A stretch of DNA of 28,869 nucleotides, taken from the NCBI GenBank assembly GCA_964630035.1, contig CAZVSK010000002.1, positions 14,473 to 43,341 of the forward strand. Direction: 5' to 3'. This document shows, in pieces, positions 16,003 to 23,672 of the stretch (position 1 is the first letter of the stretch; each line of letters starts with the position of its first letter). A program made the translations under genes and the position numbers. A model generated the notes under the pieces. The model worked only from the letters and a program-made list of their open reading frames with translations. It was not told the DNA's origin and made no database searches. This stretch comes from an uncultured Candidatus Saccharibacteria bacterium. GTDB taxonomy: Bacteria > Patescibacteriota > Minisyncoccia > UBA6257 > GWB1-50-10.

Positions 16003-16088
16003 AGAAAACGGAAAATGAGGGGTTGTGCATAAATCCCTTTGACCAAACACAAAAATGGAGATAACATAATAATATCCCACAGGAAAGA

Positions 16089-16148
16089 ATGCCACTTGAG
16101 AAATTCAAGTGGCGTTTTTTGCAGAAACCCCGCCGATCGGCGGGGTTA
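16089..16148. terminator. Two tandem hairpins between convergent tig and hypothetical gene
   Basis: atGCCACTTGA-gaaat-TCAAGTGGCgttttt and aaCCCCGCCGATCGGCGGGGtt. Confidence 0.65.
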
Positions 16149-16153
16149 TTTTA

Positions 16154-16513
16154 TTAAAACATAAAATTACTTATATAAACTCTCATTTTCTTCTGGACTA
16201 TCTCCACAAGCCTGTAAAACTCCGTTGGAGAAATCCTCTTTTTTTCTGATCCCAACAACTGACGCATCGTCTCCTCGGCCGATTTATCCTGAAAAAGATA
16301 TAAATCAAGAAGCTTACGCTCCTCGTGTGAAAACGCTCCATCGGTTCGAGCGAGAACATCTTTGACCATTTCTATTTTTTTTTGCTCCTGAGCATGGACA
16401 AAAACGCTCTTCTTTTTCTTTTCAATATCAAGAGGTGAATTTTTCTCAGTCCCCTCATCGGCCTTATTGTGATTTTTCAAAGCCCTCCTCTCTTTCCGTT
16501 TCTTTGACGACAT
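16154..16513 (-). CDS. Hypothetical protein (basic N-terminus; possible sigma-4-like helical C-terminus)
   Basis: 119-aa ORF. FSHEERKLLDLYLFQDKSAEE resembles sigma region-4 helices only loosely. Confidence 0.55.
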   Translation of the reverse strand: MSSKKRKERRALKNHNKADEGTEKNSPLDIEKKKKSVFVHAQEQKKIEMVKDVLARTDGAFSHEERKLLDLYLFQDKSAEETMRQLLGSEKKRISPTEFYRLVEIVQKKMRVYISNFMF

Positions 16514-16576
16514 GTGACGGCCTCGTTTTTAGTTTTTAAAAAAGTGATTTAATGAAATCTTTTTTTGTTATACCTC

Positions 16577-16608
16577 AAAAACGCTCCTTGTGCAAGGAGC
16601 GTTTTTTT
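16577..16608. terminator. Intrinsic terminator
   Basis: aaaaACGCTCCTTG-tg-CAAGGAGCGTtttttt. Confidence 0.7.
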
Positions 16609-16984
16609 AATTCTTTTGTTCTTCCCGTAAAGTTGTCAGCTTCTCAGTTTCTCTTTTTTTTATCTCTCTCACCGATTCAACAATTTCGCGTATTCTTGCC
16701 TGTTCCTTCAAAACGTCGGAAAGATGATTTTTAGATGAAACGATGGAATCTTTAACTCTGTTGATATGATTGTAATCTTCCATGTTCGCTTCATTTTTTG
16801 CAACCATTTGGAGAAGATCTCCAAGATATTCATTGCTTGTTTCAATAGCAGATTTCAACTCAGCAATATAAGCATCATTCGTATCAATTTCCGCAAAAAG
16901 CTCATCAATTAAATCATCGTATGTGTATTCGTGCTCACGCGGATTTTCCGGACGCGTGTCTCCCGTAAACATTTCTTTTTCCAT
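16607..16984 (-). CDS. Hypothetical coiled-coil protein
   Basis: 125-aa acidic/basic helical ORF ending in the terminator. Confidence 0.6.
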   Translation of the reverse strand: MEKEMFTGDTRPENPREHEYTYDDLIDELFAEIDTNDAYIAELKSAIETSNEYLGDLLQMVAKNEANMEDYNHINRVKDSIVSSKNHLSDVLKEQARIREIVESVREIKKRETEKLTTLREEQKN

Positions 16985-17097
16985 AATTTTAGTATCCGGT
17001 AAAATAAGTCATAAATCAATATTCGCAAAACATTTGACTTATAGAGAAAAATATGTTAAAAAGTAAATCAGAAATTTAAAAACAAAAGGGAGTCCGC

Positions 17098-17565
17098 ATG
17101 GACGCTGTTATGCACAAAGCGCAACTGAAAGTGTTTTTCTTTCAAGTAATATCTCTCCTCATAATAAAAATACTCCTTCTCCCGCTTTTTATCTCATATG
17201 TATTCCTTGAAAGCACCGCGAAGGAATATTCCTTATTTATACTCGTCCTTTTTCTCCTAAGCTCCGTCATGATATCGGCCCTGTCAGCGAAAAAGGAAAA
17301 GGGATCTGAAGAGGCATTTTCGGGCATGATAAACTTTGGAGCGGTTTCGGTTGCGACTATATTTCTTGTTTTGTTGGGAATCGCAAACGATTCGTTGTCG
17401 CCTGAAGAACTCAAACGCTGTCTCTTAGTTCTTTTTGGTGTATGGATTGTATTTGCGATATCAACAAAAAAAAGATGGAACGATAATGTATCAGTTAGTG
17501 TGTTATCTTTATTGATTCACACCGTCGCGACGATTTTCTTTACCGTTCTAATCATTTTAATTTAA
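17098..17565 (+). CDS. Hypothetical integral membrane protein
   Basis: SD GGGAG before ATG; about five hydrophobic segments; followed by a terminator at 17567-17602. Confidence 0.65.
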   Translation: MDAVMHKAQLKVFFFQVISLLIIKILLLPLFISYVFLESTAKEYSLFILVLFLLSSVMISALSAKKEKGSEEAFSGMINFGAVSVATIFLVLLGIANDSLSPEELKRCLLVLFGVWIVFAISTKKRWNDNVSVSVLSLLIHTVATIFFTVLIILI

Positions 17566-17610
17566 TAAAAAAAACCCCTTACCAGCTGGCGAAGGGGTTT
17601 TTGCTTTATA

Positions 17611-17949
17611 TTAAAAATATGGCCCTTGAACCTTATCCAATCCTGCACATTCTTCGCACAAACACGACTTTTTTGTCCTTATGCCATCAACAACGGCTTC
17701 GCTTGTTGAACAAAAATGCTCGTTGTGTGAATTTGTTCTGCATCCGTCGCAGATAACATTCAACGGAAGAACAGATCCTGTCTCGTCCAAATATCTTTCT
17801 CTTATGTCCATACATTCTTCACAGAGAAAAACATCAGCTCCTTTGGGAACTGCCGAACCAGAATCTTTAAAAAAAGGATTTTCAGCACCACAGTCAAAGC
17901 AGTGTTCACCATCAAAAGGTCCGGTTCTGAGAAAATTCCAGATTTTCAT
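17611..17949 (-). CDS. Cys-rich putative zinc-binding protein
   Basis: SD GGAG then ATG 17949 (MKIWNF). HCFDC, CEEC, CDGC..H..H.C and CLCEEC motifs. The track start TTG 18018 lies inside a -35 box (TTGACC-17-TACTAT, 18018-17990). Confidence 0.7.
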   Translation of the reverse strand: MKIWNFLRTGPFDGEHCFDCGAENPFFKDSGSAVPKGADVFLCEECMDIRERYLDETGSVLPLNVICDGCRTNSHNEHFCSTSEAVVDGIRTKKSCLCEECAGLDKVQGPYF

Positions 17950-18093
17950 TTCAACTATCTCCTTATATTTATGAAAGAAAACTGAGAATATAGTACATAT
18001 AAAAACAATCTCGGTCAACTAGTGTTGCGAACAGTCAACTTTTTCTCTACCCTAAAAAAATGCCCCACCGTATTAACAGTATGGGGCAAATAA

Positions 18094-18348
18094 TTAAAAC
18101 CTCTCAATAAGTCCCTTAAAAACTACTAAGGAAAAAAAGAGAGAAAAAAATAAAACAACTCGGAGATAAGCAATATTTTGTTCAATATGAGAATCGGCGA
18201 TACTTACTTTCACAAATTTTTTGCGAAGCTCATTCCTTTCAGGGACAAGTCTTTTCAGCTTCCAAGTAACAAAGATCAAAAGACCGATTAAAATAACAAA
18301 AAATACTGAAAGAATAGCAACTTCATATTTTATCCAAAACAGTTCCAT
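18094..18348 (-). CDS. Small two-TM hypothetical protein
   Basis: SD AAGGA; own promoter TTGACA-18-TATAAT (18410-18381) and terminator at 18054-18090. Confidence 0.65.
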   Translation of the reverse strand: MELFWIKYEVAILSVFFVILIGLLIFVTWKLKRLVPERNELRKKFVKVSIADSHIEQNIAYLRVVLFFSLFFSLVVFKGLIERF

Positions 18349-18559
18349 TTTTTTATTCCTTATATTAATAATCTATTATAATTATAGCACATGAAGATAT
18401 AATTTGTCAATAACGCACTTTCCCCCACTTTTTTCTTTTCCCACTGAACAATTCCCTCCATAGGCGGGCAGGTGCACTAGTGGTTCAGTGGATTATTTAC
18501 GGAAAAAATATATAACTATTAAATAGGTTGTGTATATAAAAACGGTATATAATGGATGC

Positions 18560-19204
18560 ATGATTCTCAAAGACATTCTCCTTATAGACAAACCAAAAGG
18601 AATCACATCTTTTGACGTTATTCGCCTACTCCGGAGAAAACTAAATATCAGAAAAATGGGACACGCAGGAACGCTTGATCCTCTTGCAACAGGACTCATG
18701 ATTATAGGTATTGGAGAAGGAACAAAAAAACTTTCCGAATATATCAAGCTCAACAAAACGTACGAGGCAGAAATACTTCTCGGAATACAAACGGACACGG
18801 GTGACATTGAAGGGAAAATAATTGATGAAAAAGAGGTCTCCGCTTTTCCCCGCGCAACTCTTGAAGAAGCTCTCTCTTTTTTGAAAGGAAAAAAGAAAAT
18901 TCGCGTGCCGATGTATTCGGCTGTTAAAGTTGGGGGAAAACGAATGTATGCGCGTGCGCGCGCGGGAGACACATCTGTTCGTCCTCCGGAAAAAGAAATG
19001 GAGGTTCGCGAAATTGAATTTCTCAACGAATATTTGGAGGGTAAACATCAGATTATCTCAGTTCGTATGGATGTCTCAAGCGGAACGTATATACGCTCTC
19101 TCGCTGAAGAATTTGGGAAATATCTCGGCGTTCCCGCAACCATAAAAAATCTCCGCCGTGTCCGCATCGGAGAATTCACCATCGACCAAGCAGAAAAGAT
19201 ATAG
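18560..19204 (+). CDS. truB: tRNA pseudouridine-55 synthase (short form without PUA domain)
   Basis: IDKPKGITSFDV, MGHAGTLDPLATG (catalytic Asp), PMYSAVKVGGKRMY, VSSGTYIRSL, LRRVRIG; start probably ATG 18560. Confidence 0.95.
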   Translation: MILKDILLIDKPKGITSFDVIRLLRRKLNIRKMGHAGTLDPLATGLMIIGIGEGTKKLSEYIKLNKTYEAEILLGIQTDTGDIEGKIIDEKEVSAFPRATLEEALSFLKGKKKIRVPMYSAVKVGGKRMYARARAGDTSVRPPEKEMEVREIEFLNEYLEGKHQIISVRMDVSSGTYIRSLAEEFGKYLGVPATIKNLRRVRIGEFTIDQAEKI

Positions 19205-19236
19205 AAAAAATCCCCACTATTGTATGGGGATTTTTT
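19205..19236. terminator. Bidirectional terminator between truB and the Q-salvage gene
   Basis: aaaaaaTCCCCA-ctattgta-TGGGGAtttttt. Confidence 0.7.
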
Positions 19237-19237
19237 A

Positions 19238-20224
19238 TTAATATGCTATCGTTCGTGTTCGATGAAATGGCTCTTTGAATTTCATTTTCCGAGTCATACC
19301 CCAAAGCACAGAATCTATCTGTGCAGGAGTATATTTCCCGTTATGAAGCTCACGAATCAATTCAACCGCACGCACCGTCGCAGCGCGAATCTGCACTTCA
19401 GCTGGATCATCTCTTACTATTAATTCATTCTTGCTAATTTTTTCAGCAAGATATGGGGAATATTCCAACACCCCGAATTCTCTGAGTACCTGGGGCACTC
19501 GATAGTCGGCAAATGCAGTTAATTCGGAAATATTCTTTAGTCCACTTTCTCCGTAACGCCGAAGCACTTTGTGGGTGTGATATACACATAACTGTGCGCG
19601 CTTCAAAAATGGAACACGCATGCTTCGAAACCGTGATGTATCGGAATATGAAGAAAAGTTTTCCGCAATAAGATCCACCAATGTCACCGCATCGTAATCC
19701 GCCTCTTCAACGACATTTTGATATTTCCCCCTGAATTTGCCGATGAGAACGAATCCAATATTTTTTAAACATAGGAACCGTTCATGGACCATGGGAATTT
19801 CTGTTCCAAGGAATCCACGAAACAGATGTCGCACTTGTCCTTCAGTCAATGTATTGAGAAAATTTGGAGAAAGTAGTTTTGTTCCATCTTTGAGTGCTCG
19901 ATCGAGGGAGATGCTCAATGCATCGGCACCCCACCTTGTATGGCGAGATTCACCCTCTTTTTCTTCAATTACCCATTGCCGTTTTGACACATCGGGCCAA
20001 AACGAAAAATTCACCGCATTCTTTATAAAAAGAAGCTGTAAATCATTTTTTAATTCGTCCCCAATAATTTTCAACGGAGCGTGAGAGGTATTCGAAAATT
20101 CAGGAATTTTACGGGCAAGTGTCAACACGTGCTCATTGTTGATTTTTACAGATGATGCCCACTGCATCACTTTTTCAGTTGAGGAAAGAAGATCTTTTAA
20201 TCCAACTTTTTTTGTTTCTATCAT
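19238..20224 (-). CDS. qng1: Queuosine salvage / queuosine-5'-phosphate N-glycosylase (Qng1, DUF2419-like)
   Basis: NAVNFSFW, VPFLKRAQL, LTAFADYRVPQVLREFGVLEYS, EVQIRAATV, IDSVLW and PFHRTRTIAY match recalled DUF2419 motifs; SD AAGGAGG. Confidence 0.8.
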   Translation of the reverse strand: MIETKKVGLKDLLSSTEKVMQWASSVKINNEHVLTLARKIPEFSNTSHAPLKIIGDELKNDLQLLFIKNAVNFSFWPDVSKRQWVIEEKEGESRHTRWGADALSISLDRALKDGTKLLSPNFLNTLTEGQVRHLFRGFLGTEIPMVHERFLCLKNIGFVLIGKFRGKYQNVVEEADYDAVTLVDLIAENFSSYSDTSRFRSMRVPFLKRAQLCVYHTHKVLRRYGESGLKNISELTAFADYRVPQVLREFGVLEYSPYLAEKISKNELIVRDDPAEVQIRAATVRAVELIRELHNGKYTPAQIDSVLWGMTRKMKFKEPFHRTRTIAY

Positions 20225-20336
20225 TATTACCTCCTTTGTTTGTTATATAAATATGCTGTGCATATTTTGTCATATAAACTGAAATATGTCAAAAATTTCT
20301 TTCCATATGAGGAAAAAATAGTTACAATAAAAGGAA

Positions 20337-21035
20337 ATGAGAGAAAAAAAAGAATTTGTAGACACGCTTATCATCTCTGATATACATCTTGGGTCAAAAG
20401 TTAGCCGTGCGAAAGAGGCTTTGTCGGCACTAAAAAAACATGCTTTCCGCCGTTTAATCCTCCTTGGGGATATTTTTGATGACCTTAATTTTGAAAGATT
20501 AAACGACGACCATTGGGAATTTATCTCTTATGTGCGCGAAATTTCAGAAAAGGAAAGTGATACGGAGGTTGTGTGGGTGATTGGAAATCACGATGAACTA
20601 CTCATGAAAGTTATGTCGCATCTCATGAAAATGGAAGCACACAGGTTTTACGAATGGGAATACGAGGGGGAAAAATATCTTGCGATACACGGCCACCAAT
20701 TTGACCGGTTCCTCTCCCGCAATATAGTTTTGAGCGCGGTTGCTTCATCAATTTATTTTTTCATACAGAGAATAGACACAAAAAAACAGAAAATAAGCAG
20801 ATTTATAAAAAGGATGAGCAAGGCGTGGCTCCGCCTTTCGGAAAAAGTCGCGAAATCCGCTTCTCTCTTTGGCGCATTCCGAAAAGCGCAATATGTCTTC
20901 TGCGGACACACGCACCAAGCCCTCCAGAGACAATTCAAAAAAAACCTATATTTCAACAGCGGATGCTGGACGGACATTCCTTCTCATTACATAACAATAT
21001 CTGGGCGCGATATCACAATACGGGAAGTAAGATAA
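20337..21035 (+). CDS. Calcineurin-like metallophosphoesterase (LpxH-like UDP-2,3-diacylglucosamine diphosphatase family)
   Basis: ISDIHLG, LLGDIFD, VIGNHD, IHGHQFD, FCGHTH, NSGCW. Confidence 0.85.
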   Translation: MREKKEFVDTLIISDIHLGSKVSRAKEALSALKKHAFRRLILLGDIFDDLNFERLNDDHWEFISYVREISEKESDTEVVWVIGNHDELLMKVMSHLMKMEAHRFYEWEYEGEKYLAIHGHQFDRFLSRNIVLSAVASSIYFFIQRIDTKKQKISRFIKRMSKAWLRLSEKVAKSASLFGAFRKAQYVFCGHTHQALQRQFKKNLYFNSGCWTDIPSHYITISGRDITIREVR

Positions 21036-21042
21036 GAAAAAT

Positions 21043-21073
21043 AAAAACCCTCTTCTTTTTAAAGAGGGTTTTT
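21043..21073. terminator. Bidirectional terminator
   Basis: aaaaaCCCTCTT-cttttta-AAGAGGGttttt. Confidence 0.65.
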
Positions 21074-21078
21074 GATAT

Positions 21079-21657
21079 TTACGACTTTCCCCGTGCGCGA
21101 TGTGCGCGCCACAATGGAAGCCAATCCTTTTTATAAACAGAAAGGATAACTTCGTTCCAGTATTTCCCACCCTTGAAAATATGTTTTTTGAGAATTCCCT
21201 CAATTTTGTATCCACATTTTTTGCTGTAAGAAATGCTCCGCGCGTTGTACTCAAGAGCGTGCGAAGATATTTTTCTCAAATTGAGCTCACAAAACGCGTA
21301 TTTCAAAAGAGCCATCTTCGCATCAGTCCCATATCCCTTTCCCTGATATTGTTTTTCACCAATCAGGGCACCAGTCACAGCCGTTCTGCTCTGCCAATTA
21401 ATCCGATGTAAGCTTATAACCCCTATAAATGTCCCGTCGGGCGCCTCAATGGCAAAATGGATGGAATCTTTTTTCTTACCAATTGAATCAAACCACTCTT
21501 CCTCTTCGGAATGTGAAACGGGTTGGAATGTTGAGATAAACTTCCGTATTTCCTCATCATTGATCCAAACCAGAGTTTGGTCTATGTCGGTGCTTTTTCT
21601 GAGCGGGCGAAGCGTAACCCAATTCCCTTTCAGGAATACTACTTTATTCGTCTCCAT
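21079..21657 (-). CDS. RimJ/RimL-type GNAT acetyltransferase
   Basis: SD AAGGAGG before ATG 21657 (METNKVVFLKG); VTLRPL, FIGVISL, YQGKGYGT, NARSISYSKKCGY. Confidence 0.88.
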   Translation of the reverse strand: METNKVVFLKGNWVTLRPLRKSTDIDQTLVWINDEEIRKFISTFQPVSHSEEEEWFDSIGKKKDSIHFAIEAPDGTFIGVISLHRINWQSRTAVTGALIGEKQYQGKGYGTDAKMALLKYAFCELNLRKISSHALEYNARSISYSKKCGYKIEGILKKHIFKGGKYWNEVILSVYKKDWLPLWRAHRARGKS

Positions 21658-21695
21658 GACGATCCTCCTTATGATGTTGTAAAAGACCATTATAT

Positions 21696-21722
21696 AAAAA
21701 CTGCCCCGAAATGCCGGGACAG
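21696..21722 (-). terminator. Intrinsic terminator upstream of the GNAT gene
   Basis: Minus strand CTGTCCCG-gcattt-CGGGGCAG-ttttt. Confidence 0.55.
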
Positions 21723-21753
21723 TCTCTGTAGCCATCATTTTTTTCTCATTATT

Positions 21754-21876
21754 TCATATTCTGCATGATATATTGATAGCATTACACACATTGTCCCAGC
21801 ACAAAACACCAACCCCGATATTGAGACGGGATCCCTGCATAAGATCAAAACATGTGTATTTTGCTCTGTATTCCAT
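21754..21876 (-). CDS. Possible 40-aa small protein (below ORF-track cutoff)
   Basis: MEYRAKYTCFDLMQGSRLNIGVGVLCWDNVCNAINISCRI, starting 7 nt after TTGACA-17-TATAAG (21912-21884) and followed by a terminator. Confidence 0.3.
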   Translation of the reverse strand: MEYRAKYTCFDLMQGSRLNIGVGVLCWDNVCNAINISCRI

Positions 21877-21947
21877 ATTTTTACTTATAAAAGTATAACG
21901 AATTTATGTCAAGTTTGTTACCACGCATTTGAATTTCTCATTTTTCA

Positions 21948-22418
21948 TTAATAATGATATTCTTTCCCACGCATAATAGTCATCGCTCTGTATATTTGTT
22001 CCAAAAGAACAACGCGCGCAAGTTCGTGAGGAAAAGTAAGATGTGAAAGAGATATTTTTTTGTATGAATTGAGAATCGCATCTTTATGTATACCCAAAGA
22101 TCCTCCGACGACGAAGATCGCGGGTTTTGAAAGTTTCTCAAGAATTACCGCAAATTCTTTTGAATCAGATTCTTTCCCTTTTTCGTCCAAAATAAATATT
22201 TCGTGTGTGTCTTTCCTCTTTTTTAGAAATTGAGCAATGCGCTCACCTTCCTTTTTTTTCGCTTTTTCCATTTCTCCCCTGCTCCTGAATGGTTCGTAAG
22301 GAATTTCATGAAAGGAGATGCGTACATAAAGGGAAAGGCGCTTCACATATTCCTGACACGCGTCACTGAAATGTGATTCTTTTATTTTTCCAACGGCGAG
22401 AATAAAAATGTCGTGCAT
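21948..22418 (-). CDS. rlmH: 23S rRNA m3-psi1915 methyltransferase
   Basis: ILAVGKIKE, ILDEKGK, FVVGGSLG, ISLSHLTFPHELARVVLLEQIYRA, YHY end; start probably ATG 22418. Confidence 0.95.
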   Translation of the reverse strand: MHDIFILAVGKIKESHFSDACQEYVKRLSLYVRISFHEIPYEPFRSRGEMEKAKKKEGERIAQFLKKRKDTHEIFILDEKGKESDSKEFAVILEKLSKPAIFVVGGSLGIHKDAILNSYKKISLSHLTFPHELARVVLLEQIYRAMTIMRGKEYHY

Positions 22419-22533
22419 GAAAATAGTATGCCCCATTCCCGCGTATTTTCAAATCATTTTATGAATACCTTGCGAAAATATTAAAAAAGTTGTAATATCG
22501 TTTTCAGATACATTCACAAAAAGGAATATAAAA

Positions 22534-22953
22534 ATGGGAAAGAAAAAAGAAGAAAAAGAATTTTCTGATCTTGTTGAAAAAATATCCAATCACCTCTTTT
22601 CTCTTGAGGAGAGAGAAGAACTTGAGGGAGAATTTTCAATTCCAATTAAAAGTGACGTACCACACCACTTTCATTACAAAGCCTCTGAAGAAAACCTAAA
22701 AAAAATAACCTTTGTTCTCTGGCTCTCGTTCTACACAAAAGACGAGAATATCAGAAAACTAAAAAGAGCGATTATAAAAAATAACTCGCTCGCGGAAAAG
22801 AATTCATCCCATATAAGATTTCTTCTTACAGAAGACAGAAAAGCTCTCAAAATAATTGCCCTCCTAGATGTGAAAACATGGGAGAAAGAAGAATTAAAAA
22901 GGGTTGTTATTGCCCTCATTGAAGAAATAAAAAAATATTTCCCTTTTAAATAA
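22534..22953 (+). CDS. Hypothetical protein
   Basis: 139-aa ORF with SD AAGGA and a terminator at 22952-22980. Confidence 0.6.
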   Translation: MGKKKEEKEFSDLVEKISNHLFSLEEREELEGEFSIPIKSDVPHHFHYKASEENLKKITFVLWLSFYTKDENIRKLKRAIIKNNSLAEKNSSHIRFLLTEDRKALKIIALLDVKTWEKEELKRVVIALIEEIKKYFPFK

Positions 22954-22981
22954 AAAATATCCCCCTTCTGGGGGTTTTTCT

Positions 22982-23077
22982 TTATCCGAGATCCTCGTCT
23001 ATCTTCTCAAGCACGAATGCGAGAGGAATGAGCACAACTCCGAGGGCAAGTTTTGTGTATTCAAATATTTTTTCCAT
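22982..23077 (-). CDS. 31-aa single-TM small protein (below ORF-track cutoff)
   Basis: MEKIFEYTKLALGVVLIPLAFVLEKIDEDLG, preceded by TTGAGT-16-TAGAAT and ending at the bidirectional terminator 22952-22980. Confidence 0.5.
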   Translation of the reverse strand: MEKIFEYTKLALGVVLIPLAFVLEKIDEDLG

Positions 23078-23150
23078 ATATTGAAAATTATTCTATCACA
23101 TTGACTCTAAAACTCAACCACCAAAAATATTAAATACGATTAAAAACAAG

Positions 23151-23178
23151 ACCACATCACTCTATAGAGTGATGTGGT
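23151..23178. repeat. Perfect 28-bp palindrome, probably the terminator of the DUF333 gene
   Basis: ACCACATCACTCTATAGAGTGATGTGGT equals its own reverse complement; cttgttttt follows on the minus strand. Confidence 0.6.
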
Positions 23179-23207
23179 GTGATTAAAGCAAAAAAATCCT
23201 TGCACTT

Positions 23208-23639
23208 TTAATACGCTCTTTGAGTATATCCCTCACACTCGGGAGGAACAACGCAGTGATCTTTAGGAAGATCGGGGCCCGGCATACAATTCACCCACTC
23301 CGGACATCCCGCATATTTTTCATCTTTCACACTCCCCAAACCACCACCATATGCGCACTCTCCTCGGAAAAATGCCCATTCTTCACACTCCGTTCCGTCA
23401 GAAAAAACACAAAATCCCGTCTCATTTCCACCCTCGTCTTTCCGTATATCAAGCGTATATCCTTTTTCAACACATGCCTGCGACGCTGGATTAGCGATTC
23501 CCACATTTTCGGGGATGTTTCCGCTCTCCGAATCCGAAAGATTCTGTTTTTGTATCGGCGGGGCATATAAAATTACAAGAACAACGACGACAATTCCAAC
23601 CACTGTCAATATGTTTTGTTTTGTGAATACGTTTTTCAT
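23208..23639 (-). CDS. Membrane-anchored DUF333 domain protein with extra Cys-rich tail
   Basis: TM helix, ANPASQACVEKGY...GFCVFSDGTECEEWAFFRGEC (DUF333 pattern), then CPEWVNCMP...C..PPEC. Confidence 0.8.
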   Translation of the reverse strand: MKNVFTKQNILTVVGIVVVVLVILYAPPIQKQNLSDSESGNIPENVGIANPASQACVEKGYTLDIRKDEGGNETGFCVFSDGTECEEWAFFRGECAYGGGLGSVKDEKYAGCPEWVNCMPGPDLPKDHCVVPPECEGYTQRAY

Positions 23640-23672
23640 AATTTGTGACTACATTTACAGTATATCAAATAT

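Noticed and set aside
16154-18348. Prophage or integrative element in the ORFan-rich stretch
   Set aside because: No integrase, terminase, structural genes or att-like direct repeats; the genes alternate in orientation with individual terminators.
23151-23178. 28-bp palindrome as part of the ArsR palindrome system or a CRP-type site
   Set aside because: No sequence similarity to the AACATTC core and no TGTGA-N6-TCACA match; position and downstream T run fit a terminator.
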